In this document: positions 9,301-18,323 of the stretch, one piece after another | Numbering within the stretch: the first letter of the stretch is position 1 | How the letters are laid out: each line of letters begins with the position of its first letter | NCBI GenBank assembly: GCA_040767195.1 | Contig: JAXGPA010000003.1 | Location: 64,001-128,000, forward strand | Reading direction: 5' to 3' | DNA: 64,000 bases | From: Syntrophales bacterium | GTDB lineage: Bacteria > Desulfobacterota > Syntrophia > Syntrophales > UBA6807 | Program-made: the position numbers and the translations under genes | Notes under the pieces: generated by a model | The model's input: the letters and a program-made list of their open reading frames with translations, nothing else | The model's database searches: none | What the model was told of the DNA's origin: nothing

Positions 9301-9402
9301 TTGCTGAGTCACCAAGTGGACTATGAGATCCTGGGTCACGACATGCAGATCGTGGAAGTCGAACGCGATCCCGGCGATCGGAAAATAGAATCCCATGCCT
9401 GA
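9301..9402 (+). pseudogene. 33-codon N-terminal remnant of an AIM24/TIGR00266-like gene
   Basis: GGAGG SD then TTG; translates MLSHQVDYEILGHDMQIVEVERDPGDRKIESHA*, resembling the AIM24 N-terminus (HEVDYxIxGxDMQxVEVELDPG). Confidence 0.6.
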
Positions 9403-10708
9403 AAGCATCGCCGCCCTTCCGGCCATCGTCCGGGTTCTTCTCGTCTTCATCGTCGTTCTTTACGCCATGAGAAAGAAGCTTTCCCTGGGGAGCGCCTTTC
9501 TTCTCGGGTCCCTCCTTCTCGGCCTCCTTTTCGGACTGGGTCTGGCGCCCATGGCCCGGTCGATGGTCTATTCCATATTGTATCCGAAAACCCTTTCCCT
9601 CGCCGTCATCGTTTCCCTCATCCTGGTTCTCAGCAGCAGCATGGAACGGATGGGGGCCATGAAGCGCCTTCTTGACCGGTTCCAGGGACTTTCCTCGAAC
9701 CCGAGACTCAATCTCGTTGTTTTTCCGGCTCTCATCGGGCTCCTGCCCATGCCCGGCGGGGCCGTTTTCTCCGCTCCCATGGTGAAACAGCTCGGGGAAA
9801 AAAGCGGCCTGGCGGCGGATCAGCTGAGCTACGTCAACTACTGGTTTCGCCACATCTGGGAATACTGGTGGCCCCTCTATCCGGGGATCCTTCTCGCCAC
9901 AACCCTGGCGGATCTGAACATCTGGGCCTTCGTCGGCCTCATGGGGCCGCTGACCCTGGTGGCCGTCGGCGTCGGCTATCTCCCCGTCAGGAACCTGGCG
10001 ACTTCCGATGGAAACGAAAGAGGACGGGTATTCTCCCGCCTGTTTCTTTTCCTGAGTGAGCTCGTTCCCATCGGAATCGTCATTTTCCTGGGACTCGGAA
10101 CGGGCCTGGTTCTCGCTCATTTTTTCCCCCGGTGGACCGTGGCCCGGGAGGCGGGACTGATCCTGGCTCTTCTTCTGGCCATCGGCCAGGTCTGGTTAAC
10201 CTCCGGAGCGGGTCGCAGGGACATTCTCGAGGTGCTCCTGGACCGCCACATTCTCAGCATGATCTACATGGTCTTCGCCATCCTCGTTTTCAAGGGCATG
10301 ATGGAAGATGCCGACGCCGTTTCGGCCATCACGGGCGAGTTGATTTCCTTTAATATCCCGCTCATCTTCATCACCGTCCTGCTGCCCTTTCTCGTGGGGG
10401 GCGTCGTGGGTATTACCATCGCCTTCGTGGGAAGCACCTTTCCCATTCTCATCCCCCTTGTCCAGTCCTACGGGGAGGGCCCCTGGCTCATGACCTACCT
10501 CATGCTGGCCCTGACGAGCGGCTTCATCGGCGTCCTCCTGTCGCCCCTCCACCTGTGCCTTCTCCTCTCCAACCGATATTTCGGGGCCGCCATGGGCGCG
10601 GTCTACCGGCACCTGGCCCTTCCGACCCTTCTCCTGGCCATGGCTGTGGGAGGGTATTTCATCCTCATCCGGTGGGGCGGGCTGGGGCAGATTCTCCATC
10701 AGGGTTGA
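9395..10708 (+). CDS. DUF401-like polytopic membrane protein (putative transporter)
   Basis: PALIGLLPMPGGAVFSAPMV, NYWFRHIWEYWWPLYPG, SPLHLCL; many TM segments. Confidence 0.85.
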   Translation: MPESIAALPAIVRVLLVFIVVLYAMRKKLSLGSAFLLGSLLLGLLFGLGLAPMARSMVYSILYPKTLSLAVIVSLILVLSSSMERMGAMKRLLDRFQGLSSNPRLNLVVFPALIGLLPMPGGAVFSAPMVKQLGEKSGLAADQLSYVNYWFRHIWEYWWPLYPGILLATTLADLNIWAFVGLMGPLTLVAVGVGYLPVRNLATSDGNERGRVFSRLFLFLSELVPIGIVIFLGLGTGLVLAHFFPRWTVAREAGLILALLLAIGQVWLTSGAGRRDILEVLLDRHILSMIYMVFAILVFKGMMEDADAVSAITGELISFNIPLIFITVLLPFLVGGVVGITIAFVGSTFPILIPLVQSYGEGPWLMTYLMLALTSGFIGVLLSPLHLCLLLSNRYFGAAMGAVYRHLALPTLLLAMAVGGYFILIRWGGLGQILHQG

Positions 10709-10757
10709 CGGTTTTTAAAAATCATCCTTCAGCCTGTTTTCTTCATACCCGAAGATT

Positions 10758-11651
10758 CTATTTTTGAATGGATCCTTTTTGGGCGAGAAACACTGCTGGA
10801 GGGCTCCGGAAAGCCGTCCCCGTCACATATTCCGTTCGGAGCGTCTTCGCCACCGTCCGCCCTGACCGGGGAAGCCGGGTGTAGTCGAAGTCGAAGACCC
10901 TTTCCAGGAAAGACATAATCACAAAAAAGGTGGCCCCCCAGAGAATTTCCTCCTCCCCGTCCCCGTCCCGGTGGATGAGACAGGGAAATTCCCAGGTGGT
11001 CCGTTCCGGCTGGGCAGGGACGGGCATATCCGACGCCACCCGGCAGGTGCCGTAACTGTCCGGCGAGAAGAAATTCTTCAGGGGAAGGGAAACGACCTTG
11101 TCCACCTCCCAGTTTGTCCGGAAGCGGGGGGTTCCCCGGACGAACCCCACCAGGGGAAACATGGTCCGGGCGAACATGATGAGGGAATAGCAGGGGAGCG
11201 TTCCCAGGAGCGACACCCGGAAAGGGTTGAGTCCCACTTCCTCCCGGGCCTCCCTGAGGGCGTTGGCGAGAAGAAAGGTGACGTTCCGGAAAAATGTTTT
11301 TCCTCTCCGGCGAAGGAGAGAGGCCGCCCGGGGATGGAAGAAAAGAGGAAAAAACCAGGAGAGAAGCCTTCCCGTCATCCGATCGGTGAGGGGATCCACG
11401 ATCCCGCCGGGACAGCTCAAATCCCCGCCCTGGGGTACGGAAGCGGACCGCCGGATGAGGGCGAGGGAGAACCCTTCCCGATCCGACGGAAAGGTGAGGG
11501 GGAGAAGAATGGCGGCGGCGGAAGCCCGGCCGGTTTTTTCCTTCCAGTTGATTCGTCGGAGGCGTTCGTCAAAGTCCGAGGGGACCGCTCCCAGCCGGGA
11601 AACGATTCTTTCGATGACGGCATTGCGGTCTGACAGGTCGGGGGACTTCAT
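10758..11651 (-). CDS. NUDIX hydrolase, CoA pyrophosphatase-like
   Basis: GDLSCPGG...ANALREAREEVGL, ILWGAT. Confidence 0.85.
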   Translation of the reverse strand: MKSPDLSDRNAVIERIVSRLGAVPSDFDERLRRINWKEKTGRASAAAILLPLTFPSDREGFSLALIRRSASVPQGGDLSCPGGIVDPLTDRMTGRLLSWFFPLFFHPRAASLLRRRGKTFFRNVTFLLANALREAREEVGLNPFRVSLLGTLPCYSLIMFARTMFPLVGFVRGTPRFRTNWEVDKVVSLPLKNFFSPDSYGTCRVASDMPVPAQPERTTWEFPCLIHRDGDGEEEILWGATFFVIMSFLERVFDFDYTRLPRSGRTVAKTLRTEYVTGTAFRSPPAVFLAQKGSIQK

Positions 11652-12677
11652 TCACGGGGTCCTTTCGCCAATGATCCGGAGGGCCTTGCGGGCCACCCAG
11701 GGTTCGTACCAGCATCCGAAGGGAAAGGGGTCGATGAAGCCGCAGTGTCCCCCGAAATCCTGGATGGACAGGATCAGGTTTCCGTCCCCGTTGCGAAGGC
11801 CGAGAAAATCACTGACGGGGATGATGGGGTCGTCCTTCGACGTGAGGATGACCGCCGGAAAGGAAAGCCGTTCCAGGGCGCCGCCAAGAAGGGTGTACCG
11901 GGAAAAATAGTCCCGGTGGTCCCGGAAGGGCGAATACCGGGCGACGAAGAAGTCGGTCATCTCCATGAGGGTCTTCATGGAAAAGACCCCGTCGAAGCTG
12001 TACAGGTCCGGGTACAGATGCTGCTTGGTTTTCAGGGAGTGCTTCCACTTCCCCATGAAGTACTTTCGATAGAAGGGGAACCCCACGTCGATGGCCACGG
12101 TCGTCTTCAGGGGGTCGAGAACGGGGCTCACGGCGAAGATCTTTTTCAGGGTGGGGAAGGCTTTCTCTTCGCCGTCCCGGGCAATTCGAAGGGCGAAGTT
12201 TCCACCCAGGGAAAACCCCATGACGAAGAAGGGCTTCCCTTCGGCGAGGGCGTTGACCCGGGACGCCGCGGCGACGACTTCCGCCGTCCGGGCGCCGTGA
12301 AAGAGCCCCCGGTTCAGGTGATGGCTGGGGCCGTGATCCCGCAGGTTGAGACGGAACACGTCGAACCCCTGCCGGTAGAGGTAGCCGCCGGTGTGCCGGA
12401 TATAGGCTGACGCGGTGCTTCCCTCCCAGCCGTGGATGAGCAGAAAGAGTCCCCGGCTTTTAGACTCTCTGTGCCGGGTCCAGTAACCGAGAAGGCGGAC
12501 ATCGTCGCCGCAATCGACAACGTGTTCGGCGCTTTCTGAAAGGGTCCGGCGATAGGGAAGGACGCGGAACCGGAGGCTCGTCATGATGCTCTGAAGATGG
12601 GCGTTCCGGGTGAGGGGGGACGGGCGGAACGGCAATTCCGCCGTGTCGGGGACGGAGGGCTTTCCCGATGCTCTCAT
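11652..12677 (-). CDS. YheT-like alpha/beta hydrolase
   Basis: NAHLQS, HGWEGS, LNLRDHG, GFSLGGN, DDPII, GGHCGF. Confidence 0.9.
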   Translation of the reverse strand: MRASGKPSVPDTAELPFRPSPLTRNAHLQSIMTSLRFRVLPYRRTLSESAEHVVDCGDDVRLLGYWTRHRESKSRGLFLLIHGWEGSTASAYIRHTGGYLYRQGFDVFRLNLRDHGPSHHLNRGLFHGARTAEVVAAASRVNALAEGKPFFVMGFSLGGNFALRIARDGEEKAFPTLKKIFAVSPVLDPLKTTVAIDVGFPFYRKYFMGKWKHSLKTKQHLYPDLYSFDGVFSMKTLMEMTDFFVARYSPFRDHRDYFSRYTLLGGALERLSFPAVILTSKDDPIIPVSDFLGLRNGDGNLILSIQDFGGHCGFIDPFPFGCWYEPWVARKALRIIGERTP

Positions 12678-12755
12678 GGCTTACCTTTTTCGTGATCCTG
12701 TGATAATCTAACAGGAAATAGACCAGAAATCCCTTCCTGTCAACGAGGCATTCCC

Positions 12756-13493
12756 ATGAGGCAAGGAAAAAAAGCCCACGAAGGCCCCCGGGCGCTTCTT
12801 TCCGGGGTGCCGGGCCTCTCCGGCGCCGTGGTCCTTTTTCTTCTCCTGTTTCTGTCACCGCCCATGGAGCCATCCTTCGGGGTTGAAAATGCCGGAAAAG
12901 GAGACGCTCGTACCATGATTTCCCTGCCGAAACCACCTTTTTCCAAAACCCTTTCCATCGAGGAGGTCCTGGAAAAACGACGATCCGTCCGGAGATTCGC
13001 CCGGCGTCCCCTGACGGAAATGGAGATTTCCCGCCTCCTCTGGGCGGCCCAGGGAGTCACCGGCGGCGGCAGGGGCCGGACCGCGCCGTCCGCGGGGGCC
13101 CTCTACCCTCTCGAGGTTTATCTCGTCATCCCCGAAGGGGTGTACCGGTATCATCCCCAAAATCACGAACTCGGGATTCACCGGAAAGGGAATTTTCTCG
13201 GACAGCTTTCCGAAGCCGCCCTGGGCCAGGCCTCCGTCCGGGAGGCGCCGGCGGTGATCATTCTCGCGGCCGTGTACGAACGGGTCACCGGAAAGTACGG
13301 AAAACGGGGGGAACGGTACGTCATCCTGGAAGCGGGTCATGCCGCCCAGAACATCCACCTGGAGGCGGTGGCCCTCGGCCTGGGATCGGTTCCCGTCGGG
13401 GCTTTTCAGGACAGGTCCGTTCAGTCCGTCCTGGAACTTTCTCCGAACGAGGAACCCCTTTACCTCATTCCTGTAGGAGAGCCCCGGCCGTGA
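12756..13493 (+). CDS. SagB/ThcOx-family nitroreductase (FMN); start uncertain
   Basis: RRSVRRF, LLWAAQG, RTAPSAGALYPLE, EAGHAAQN. Confidence 0.9.
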   Translation: MRQGKKAHEGPRALLSGVPGLSGAVVLFLLLFLSPPMEPSFGVENAGKGDARTMISLPKPPFSKTLSIEEVLEKRRSVRRFARRPLTEMEISRLLWAAQGVTGGGRGRTAPSAGALYPLEVYLVIPEGVYRYHPQNHELGIHRKGNFLGQLSEAALGQASVREAPAVIILAAVYERVTGKYGKRGERYVILEAGHAAQNIHLEAVALGLGSVPVGAFQDRSVQSVLELSPNEEPLYLIPVGEPRP

Positions 13494-13755
13494 CGGTCGG
13501 GGTCATAATATAACATATAGAATTTATTTCATTTATAACAGAAAAGGAGATTGTCCGGGAATAAAAATCTTGTAAAAACATCATTTTCGTAATACATTAC
13601 CCAGGCCGGAAGTTGTGTTCGATGGAATGCAAAATATAGATACGGATGGAGACATTCATTCCGGGGAGGAGGTGGTCGATCGGAGACATAGACAGGAATT
13701 AACGGTTTGTAAAAAGGGTTATCCATTAATGGAGTCATCAGGAAGGAGATAAACC

Positions 13756-14460
13756 ATGGAAAGAGACGGAAACAAATTCCCTGATGTCCTGAAAAAGGAA
13801 ACGACCCGCCGGGGCTTTTTGAAAGGAGCCGCCACCGCAGCGGGCGGTGCGGTAGCCCTGGCCGCCATGGGCGGTGTCGCGGCGCCGAAAAAGGCGGCGG
13901 CGCAGGCGCCCAAAGATGTCATGCGCTACCTCTTCGCCGAGAGGCAGAACTGCACGGGCTGCCGGGCCTGTGAATATGCCTGTTCGGTTTATCACACCGG
14001 TGTTGTCAGGCCCTCCGTAGCGCGGGTTCATGTTCTCAAGTACCGGGGCGTGGTGGATGTGCCGGTCATCTGCTGGCACTGTGACGACGCGCCCTGTATC
14101 GAAGCCTGTCCCACAACCCCCAAGGCCATTCAGAAAGACAAGGTTTCCAACGGGATCATCCTGGACGAGAAAATCTGCCTGGGAGCCAAGTGCCTCAAGT
14201 GCGTCGATGCCTGCCCGGCGGAATTCCTCCGCGTGAACCCGGACATCGGGATGCCCCTCTTCTGCGACCTGTGCAAGGGCGACCCCGAGTGCGTCAAGGC
14301 CTGCGAGGCCCAGTCGGGAAACCCCCAGGGACCGTGCCTCATGGCGAACAAGCTGGGGTTCGGGGTGAACCAGGCCTACCGGAACGTGACGCCCGAGGAG
14401 GCGGGACAGGACCTCTTCGATCTCCTGTTCTATCCTGCTAAACCGGATGGAGGGAGGTGA
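13756..14460 (+). CDS. Tat-exported 4x[4Fe-4S] subunit (AorA/DmsB-type)
   Basis: TTRRGFLK twin-arginine motif, hydrophobic h-region, AQA cleavage site; four Cys cluster motifs. Confidence 0.92.
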   Translation: MERDGNKFPDVLKKETTRRGFLKGAATAAGGAVALAAMGGVAAPKKAAAQAPKDVMRYLFAERQNCTGCRACEYACSVYHTGVVRPSVARVHVLKYRGVVDVPVICWHCDDAPCIEACPTTPKAIQKDKVSNGIILDEKICLGAKCLKCVDACPAEFLRVNPDIGMPLFCDLCKGDPECVKACEAQSGNPQGPCLMANKLGFGVNQAYRNVTPEEAGQDLFDLLFYPAKPDGGR

Positions 14461-14465
14461 GAACC

Positions 14466-16280
14466 ATGGCAGCATCAAAAGGTGGGTATTTTGGAAGGAT
14501 CCTGGAGATCGACCTGTCGAAGCAGCAGTTCAAGGCCCGGCCGCTGTCCGATGAACTGGCGAGAACCTACATCGGCGGGGCGGGGCTCGGCGCCTATTAC
14601 CTGTTTACGGAAATGAAGGCGAAAGCCGATCCCCTGGGTGCAGACGCGCCCATTTTCATCGGCACGGGCCCCCTGAACGGGACCTACTGTGTCGCCACCC
14701 GGATGAGCATCGTCAACAAGAGCCCGTACACCGGTCTTTTGAGCCATGCCGAGGTGGGCGGCCACACGGGAAACGAAATCAAGTGGGCCGGCTGGGACGG
14801 GATCCTCATCAAGGGAAAATCGAAGAAACCGGTCTGGCTTTTCATCAAGGACGACACCGTCCAGTTCCGGGACGCCTCGAAGCTCTGGGGCAAGGACACG
14901 GACACGGCGTCGGAGATGATGCTCGCCGAAATCAAGGACCCCTATGCCCGGACGGCCGTCATCGGTCCGGCGGGCGAAAACGGGGTGCCCTATTCGTGCG
15001 TCGTCATCGAACGATTCCGGGCGGCCGCCCGGACGGCCACGGGGGCCGTCATGGGTGACAAGAAGCTGAAGGGTTTTGCCGTCAGGGGAACGAAGGCCGT
15101 TCCCGTGGCGGACAATAAAAAGTTTTACCTCGCCGCCTCCACGGCCAAGCAACTGGCCGTGGACAAGGAAGGCTGGCAGGGAATCAAGCGGTGGGGGACG
15201 GCGGGACTCCTGGAACTGAAGCACTGGGTTTCCGGTTCCCTCATCACGAAGAATTTCCAGACCACCTGGTACCCCGACATCGAGTACATCGGGGCGGAAG
15301 AGGCGAACCGCCGCTTCTGGAAGCGTCACGTGGCCTGCAACCACTGCCCCGTTCACTGCATGAAGCTCGGCGTTATCCGGGACGGGAAATACGCGGGTCT
15401 CATCGCCGAAGGCCCCGAATACGAGACGGGCGGGCTGCTGGGCAGCAACTGCGGCGTTTCCGACTTTGACGGCATGATGGCCGCCATCGAGGCCTGCGAT
15501 GCCCTGGGTCTCGATTCCATTTCGACAGGCGGTGTCCTGGGATTCACCATGGAGTGCGTTCAAAGGGAGATTCTCACCCCCAAGGACCTGGACGGTGTGA
15601 ACCTCGAGTGGGGCGACACCGACGCCATGGTGGAGATGATCCGGAAAATCGCCTACAAGGAAGGCAAAGCCGGGAAGCTTCTCAGCCAGGGCGTGGCGAA
15701 GATGGCGAAAGAAATCGGGAAAGGGTCCGAGGATTTCGCCGTCGTGTCTAAAGGTAAGGAAATCGCGGCCCACGACCCCCGGGGGGACAAGGGACGCGGT
15801 TACAGTTACGCCATGGGAACCTGCGGCGGGGACCATCACGAGGGAACCGACGCGGCCACCCTGGCCCGGTGGTGCATGATCAACTCGCTCGTCATGTGTT
15901 CGTTCGTCGGCGGCTATCCCTGGGGCAAGGAAACGCCCCCGGTGTTCACCAACATGCTGAACCCGCTGTGCGGCTGGAACATGACGGACGACGAGTTCTG
16001 GAAAACAGCCAGGAGAATCATGACCCTGGAACGGGCCTTCCAGGTCCGGGAAGGAGTCAGCCGGAAGGACGACGTCCTGCCGAAACGGTTCACCACGGAA
16101 ACACTGCCGGAGGGCCCGAAGAAAGGGGCCATCTACAGCGCCGAAGACACGAAGAAGATGCAGGACAGCGTCTACGGATACTTCGGCTGGGACGACAACG
16201 GGATCCCCACGGAAAAGACCCTGAGCGATCTCGGTCTCGGGTTCGCCGTGGCGGATGTAAAGAAAGCGGTTAAAGGTTAA
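14466..16280 (+). CDS. aor: Aldehyde:ferredoxin oxidoreductase family tungstoenzyme, catalytic subunit
   Basis: GYFGRILEIDL, KSPYTG, IGPAGEN, CNHCPVHC, GPEYET, DALGLDSIS, HDPRG, VMCSF; no signal peptide. Confidence 0.95.
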   Translation: MAASKGGYFGRILEIDLSKQQFKARPLSDELARTYIGGAGLGAYYLFTEMKAKADPLGADAPIFIGTGPLNGTYCVATRMSIVNKSPYTGLLSHAEVGGHTGNEIKWAGWDGILIKGKSKKPVWLFIKDDTVQFRDASKLWGKDTDTASEMMLAEIKDPYARTAVIGPAGENGVPYSCVVIERFRAAARTATGAVMGDKKLKGFAVRGTKAVPVADNKKFYLAASTAKQLAVDKEGWQGIKRWGTAGLLELKHWVSGSLITKNFQTTWYPDIEYIGAEEANRRFWKRHVACNHCPVHCMKLGVIRDGKYAGLIAEGPEYETGGLLGSNCGVSDFDGMMAAIEACDALGLDSISTGGVLGFTMECVQREILTPKDLDGVNLEWGDTDAMVEMIRKIAYKEGKAGKLLSQGVAKMAKEIGKGSEDFAVVSKGKEIAAHDPRGDKGRGYSYAMGTCGGDHHEGTDAATLARWCMINSLVMCSFVGGYPWGKETPPVFTNMLNPLCGWNMTDDEFWKTARRIMTLERAFQVREGVSRKDDVLPKRFTTETLPEGPKKGAIYSAEDTKKMQDSVYGYFGWDDNGIPTEKTLSDLGLGFAVADVKKAVKG

Positions 16281-16295
16281 AGAAATTTCAACGAC

Positions 16296-16323
16296 GGGCC
16301 GGTGCGGAAACCCGCATCGGCCC
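16296..16323 (+). promoter_or_regulatory. Strong intercistronic hairpin without U-tract (possible mRNA stabiliser)
   Basis: GGGCCGGTGCGG-aaac-CCGCATCGGCCC. Confidence 0.55.
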
Positions 16324-16414
16324 CCATGACCGATGTCAGCAACAGACGCTTCCGGTGAAAAGGGAAGATCCAGCCGGTGAGGTAACCTATCTGCAGGCTG
16401 GAGGGATGTGAACC

Positions 16415-17101
16415 ATGGGCTTTACAAGACGGGATGCCCTCCGGGTCCTCACGGGCGCCGCCGTTTCCGGCCTTTTCTTCGCTTTTCTCAAGATCCCCGG
16501 GGCGAAGGCCCTGCCGAGGCCTCCGGGCTCTCTCACGGAAAAGGCGTTTCTTCAGTACTGCACGCGGTGTTACCGGTGCATCGACGTCTGTCCCGCCGAC
16601 GCTCTCCGCCCGGCGGGCCTTTTCGATGGCATCCCCAACCTGGGGACCCCCGTTCTGGACTGGAAGAAGTGCATCTTCTGCCAGGAGTGCATTCGCGTTT
16701 GCCCCACCGGGGCCATCGTCAAGATACCCGAGGACGAGATCGACATCGGGAACGCCGTCATCGACCGGGACACCTGCCTGGACTGGACCCGTAAAAGGCG
16801 CTGCGGCATCTGCTACAAGGCCTGTCCCTACGATGCCATACGCCTTGAAGGGAGACGCAATCCCGTCGTTATCGAAGAGAAGTGCACGGGATGCGGTCTC
16901 TGCGAGCAGCGATGTCCCACGGACCCCAAGTCCATCGTCGTTTTTTACGACAAGTACCGGCGTTTCGACCCGCCGGAAGGGACCTTCATGGTCCGCCTGG
17001 AGGACCGGGTGGAGCCTTACGAATATCCGCCACCCGATTTCAGAACCTGGTTCATGAGAAGATTGGAAAAACTGGCAAGACAGCATGGCCTTATCGATTG
17101 A
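16415..17101 (+). CDS. NapG/MauM-type Tat-exported polyferredoxin
   Basis: FTRRDALR signal; RPPGS..E..F...CTRCYRCIDVCP; four cluster motifs. Confidence 0.88.
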   Translation: MGFTRRDALRVLTGAAVSGLFFAFLKIPGAKALPRPPGSLTEKAFLQYCTRCYRCIDVCPADALRPAGLFDGIPNLGTPVLDWKKCIFCQECIRVCPTGAIVKIPEDEIDIGNAVIDRDTCLDWTRKRRCGICYKACPYDAIRLEGRRNPVVIEEKCTGCGLCEQRCPTDPKSIVVFYDKYRRFDPPEGTFMVRLEDRVEPYEYPPPDFRTWFMRRLEKLARQHGLID

Positions 17102-17126
17102 TCCGGGCATTCCGGGAGACCCTTCC

Positions 17127-18314
17127 ATGGCCGTCCTCGTCGTCGGCGGCGGCGTGGCGGGGATTCTCGCCGCCCTCGATCTTGCCCGGGCAGGGCGACC
17201 GGTCACCCTGGTGGAACGGTCCCAACGCCTGGGAGGCCAGGTGGCCCGCCTGGACAAGATCTATCCCACCGACCACTGTGCCTTCTGCCCCCTCTGGACG
17301 GACATTCGAAACTGCCTCGAACATCCCGGAATCACCGTTCTGTCCTCGGCGACGGTCCGTAAACTGGAAAGAACGGGGGATCGATGGGCTGTCCGGATCC
17401 TTCGGGAACCCCCGGTTATCGAGGAACGCCTCTGCATTTTCTGCGGTCGCTGCGAATCCGCCTGCCCGGAAAGGGCCGTCCGGCCCCTCCTGGACCAGGC
17501 TTATCCCCCGGTGTACCGCATCGACGGGGACAGGTGCACCCATTGCGGGCAGTGTGAACCCGTATGCCCCACGAAAGCCATCGATTTCAATCGGAGGTCC
17601 GTGGAAGAACGGATCGTCGTCCAGGAGGTCCTCTGGGCCGCCGGCTTTCAGGACGGCGACTACAAGCCCCTTCCGGAATACGGTTACGGAACCCACCGGG
17701 ATATCATGACCGCCCTCGAGTTCGAGGAATGGACGGCCGAATCGGGGCCCAACGGCGGGCGGATCCTCCGGAAATCGGATCTCCGGGAGCCGTCCCGGGT
17801 GGCCTTCATCCAGTGCGCCGGTGCCCGGGACCTGAGAAACCTTTCCTACTGTTCCGCCGTCTGCTGCATGCACGCCCTGAAACAGGCTGCGTGGGTCAAG
17901 AAACGGAAACAAGACATTAATTGCACAATATTTTATACGGATTTACGGGCAGTTGGAAGAGATTACTTCAAGTATTCCATTAATAATGTTCCCGGGGAGC
18001 CTCTTCGTCTCATCAGGGGTCGCCCGGGCCTCGTTGTCGCCCTGCCCGGCGGCGGCATCGCCGTCACATACGAAGACACCCTGAAACAGGAACGAAGGAT
18101 CGAGCGCTTCGATCTTGTCATATTGAACGGAAACCTGAAGCCTTCCCTCAAGCCGGAAGGGGAACCGGGAACGCTTTCCCTGGACGGGGAGGGTTTCGTC
18201 GACATCGCCGTCGGTTTCGGCTGCGGATTTGCCGTCGAACCGGCCGATATCATGGATTCGGCCATTCAGGCGGCATCGGTTTCCATGCGCATTCTCGGAC
18301 GAGAAAACACTTGA
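17127..18314 (+). CDS. HdrA/QmoA-like FAD/FeS protein
   Basis: VLVVGGGVAG, LDKIYPTDHCAFC, ferredoxin insert, FIQCAGAR..YCSAVCC; start at the ATG after GGGAGA. Confidence 0.88.
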   Translation: MAVLVVGGGVAGILAALDLARAGRPVTLVERSQRLGGQVARLDKIYPTDHCAFCPLWTDIRNCLEHPGITVLSSATVRKLERTGDRWAVRILREPPVIEERLCIFCGRCESACPERAVRPLLDQAYPPVYRIDGDRCTHCGQCEPVCPTKAIDFNRRSVEERIVVQEVLWAAGFQDGDYKPLPEYGYGTHRDIMTALEFEEWTAESGPNGGRILRKSDLREPSRVAFIQCAGARDLRNLSYCSAVCCMHALKQAAWVKKRKQDINCTIFYTDLRAVGRDYFKYSINNVPGEPLRLIRGRPGLVVALPGGGIAVTYEDTLKQERRIERFDLVILNGNLKPSLKPEGEPGTLSLDGEGFVDIAVGFGCGFAVEPADIMDSAIQAASVSMRILGRENT

Positions 18315-18323
18315 GGAAAAATC

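Noticed and set aside
12756..13493. RiPP/TOMM cluster around the SagB-like gene
   Set aside because: No YcaO, precursor peptide or transporter nearby; stand-alone nitroreductase
13494..13755. Sigma54 promoter or riboswitch upstream of the AOR operon
   Set aside because: AT-rich with short palindromes (GTAATACATTAC, CCATTAATGG), but no clear TGGCAC-N5-TTGC or known RNA motif
16296..16330. GAAA-loop hairpin as a Moco riboswitch
   Set aside because: Only one generic stem; the other conserved elements are absent
18312..18314. In-frame TGA between the two hdrA-like ORFs as selenocysteine
   Set aside because: It is not at a Cys-equivalent position, I see no convincing SECIS hairpin after it, and an SD for the next ATG overlaps it
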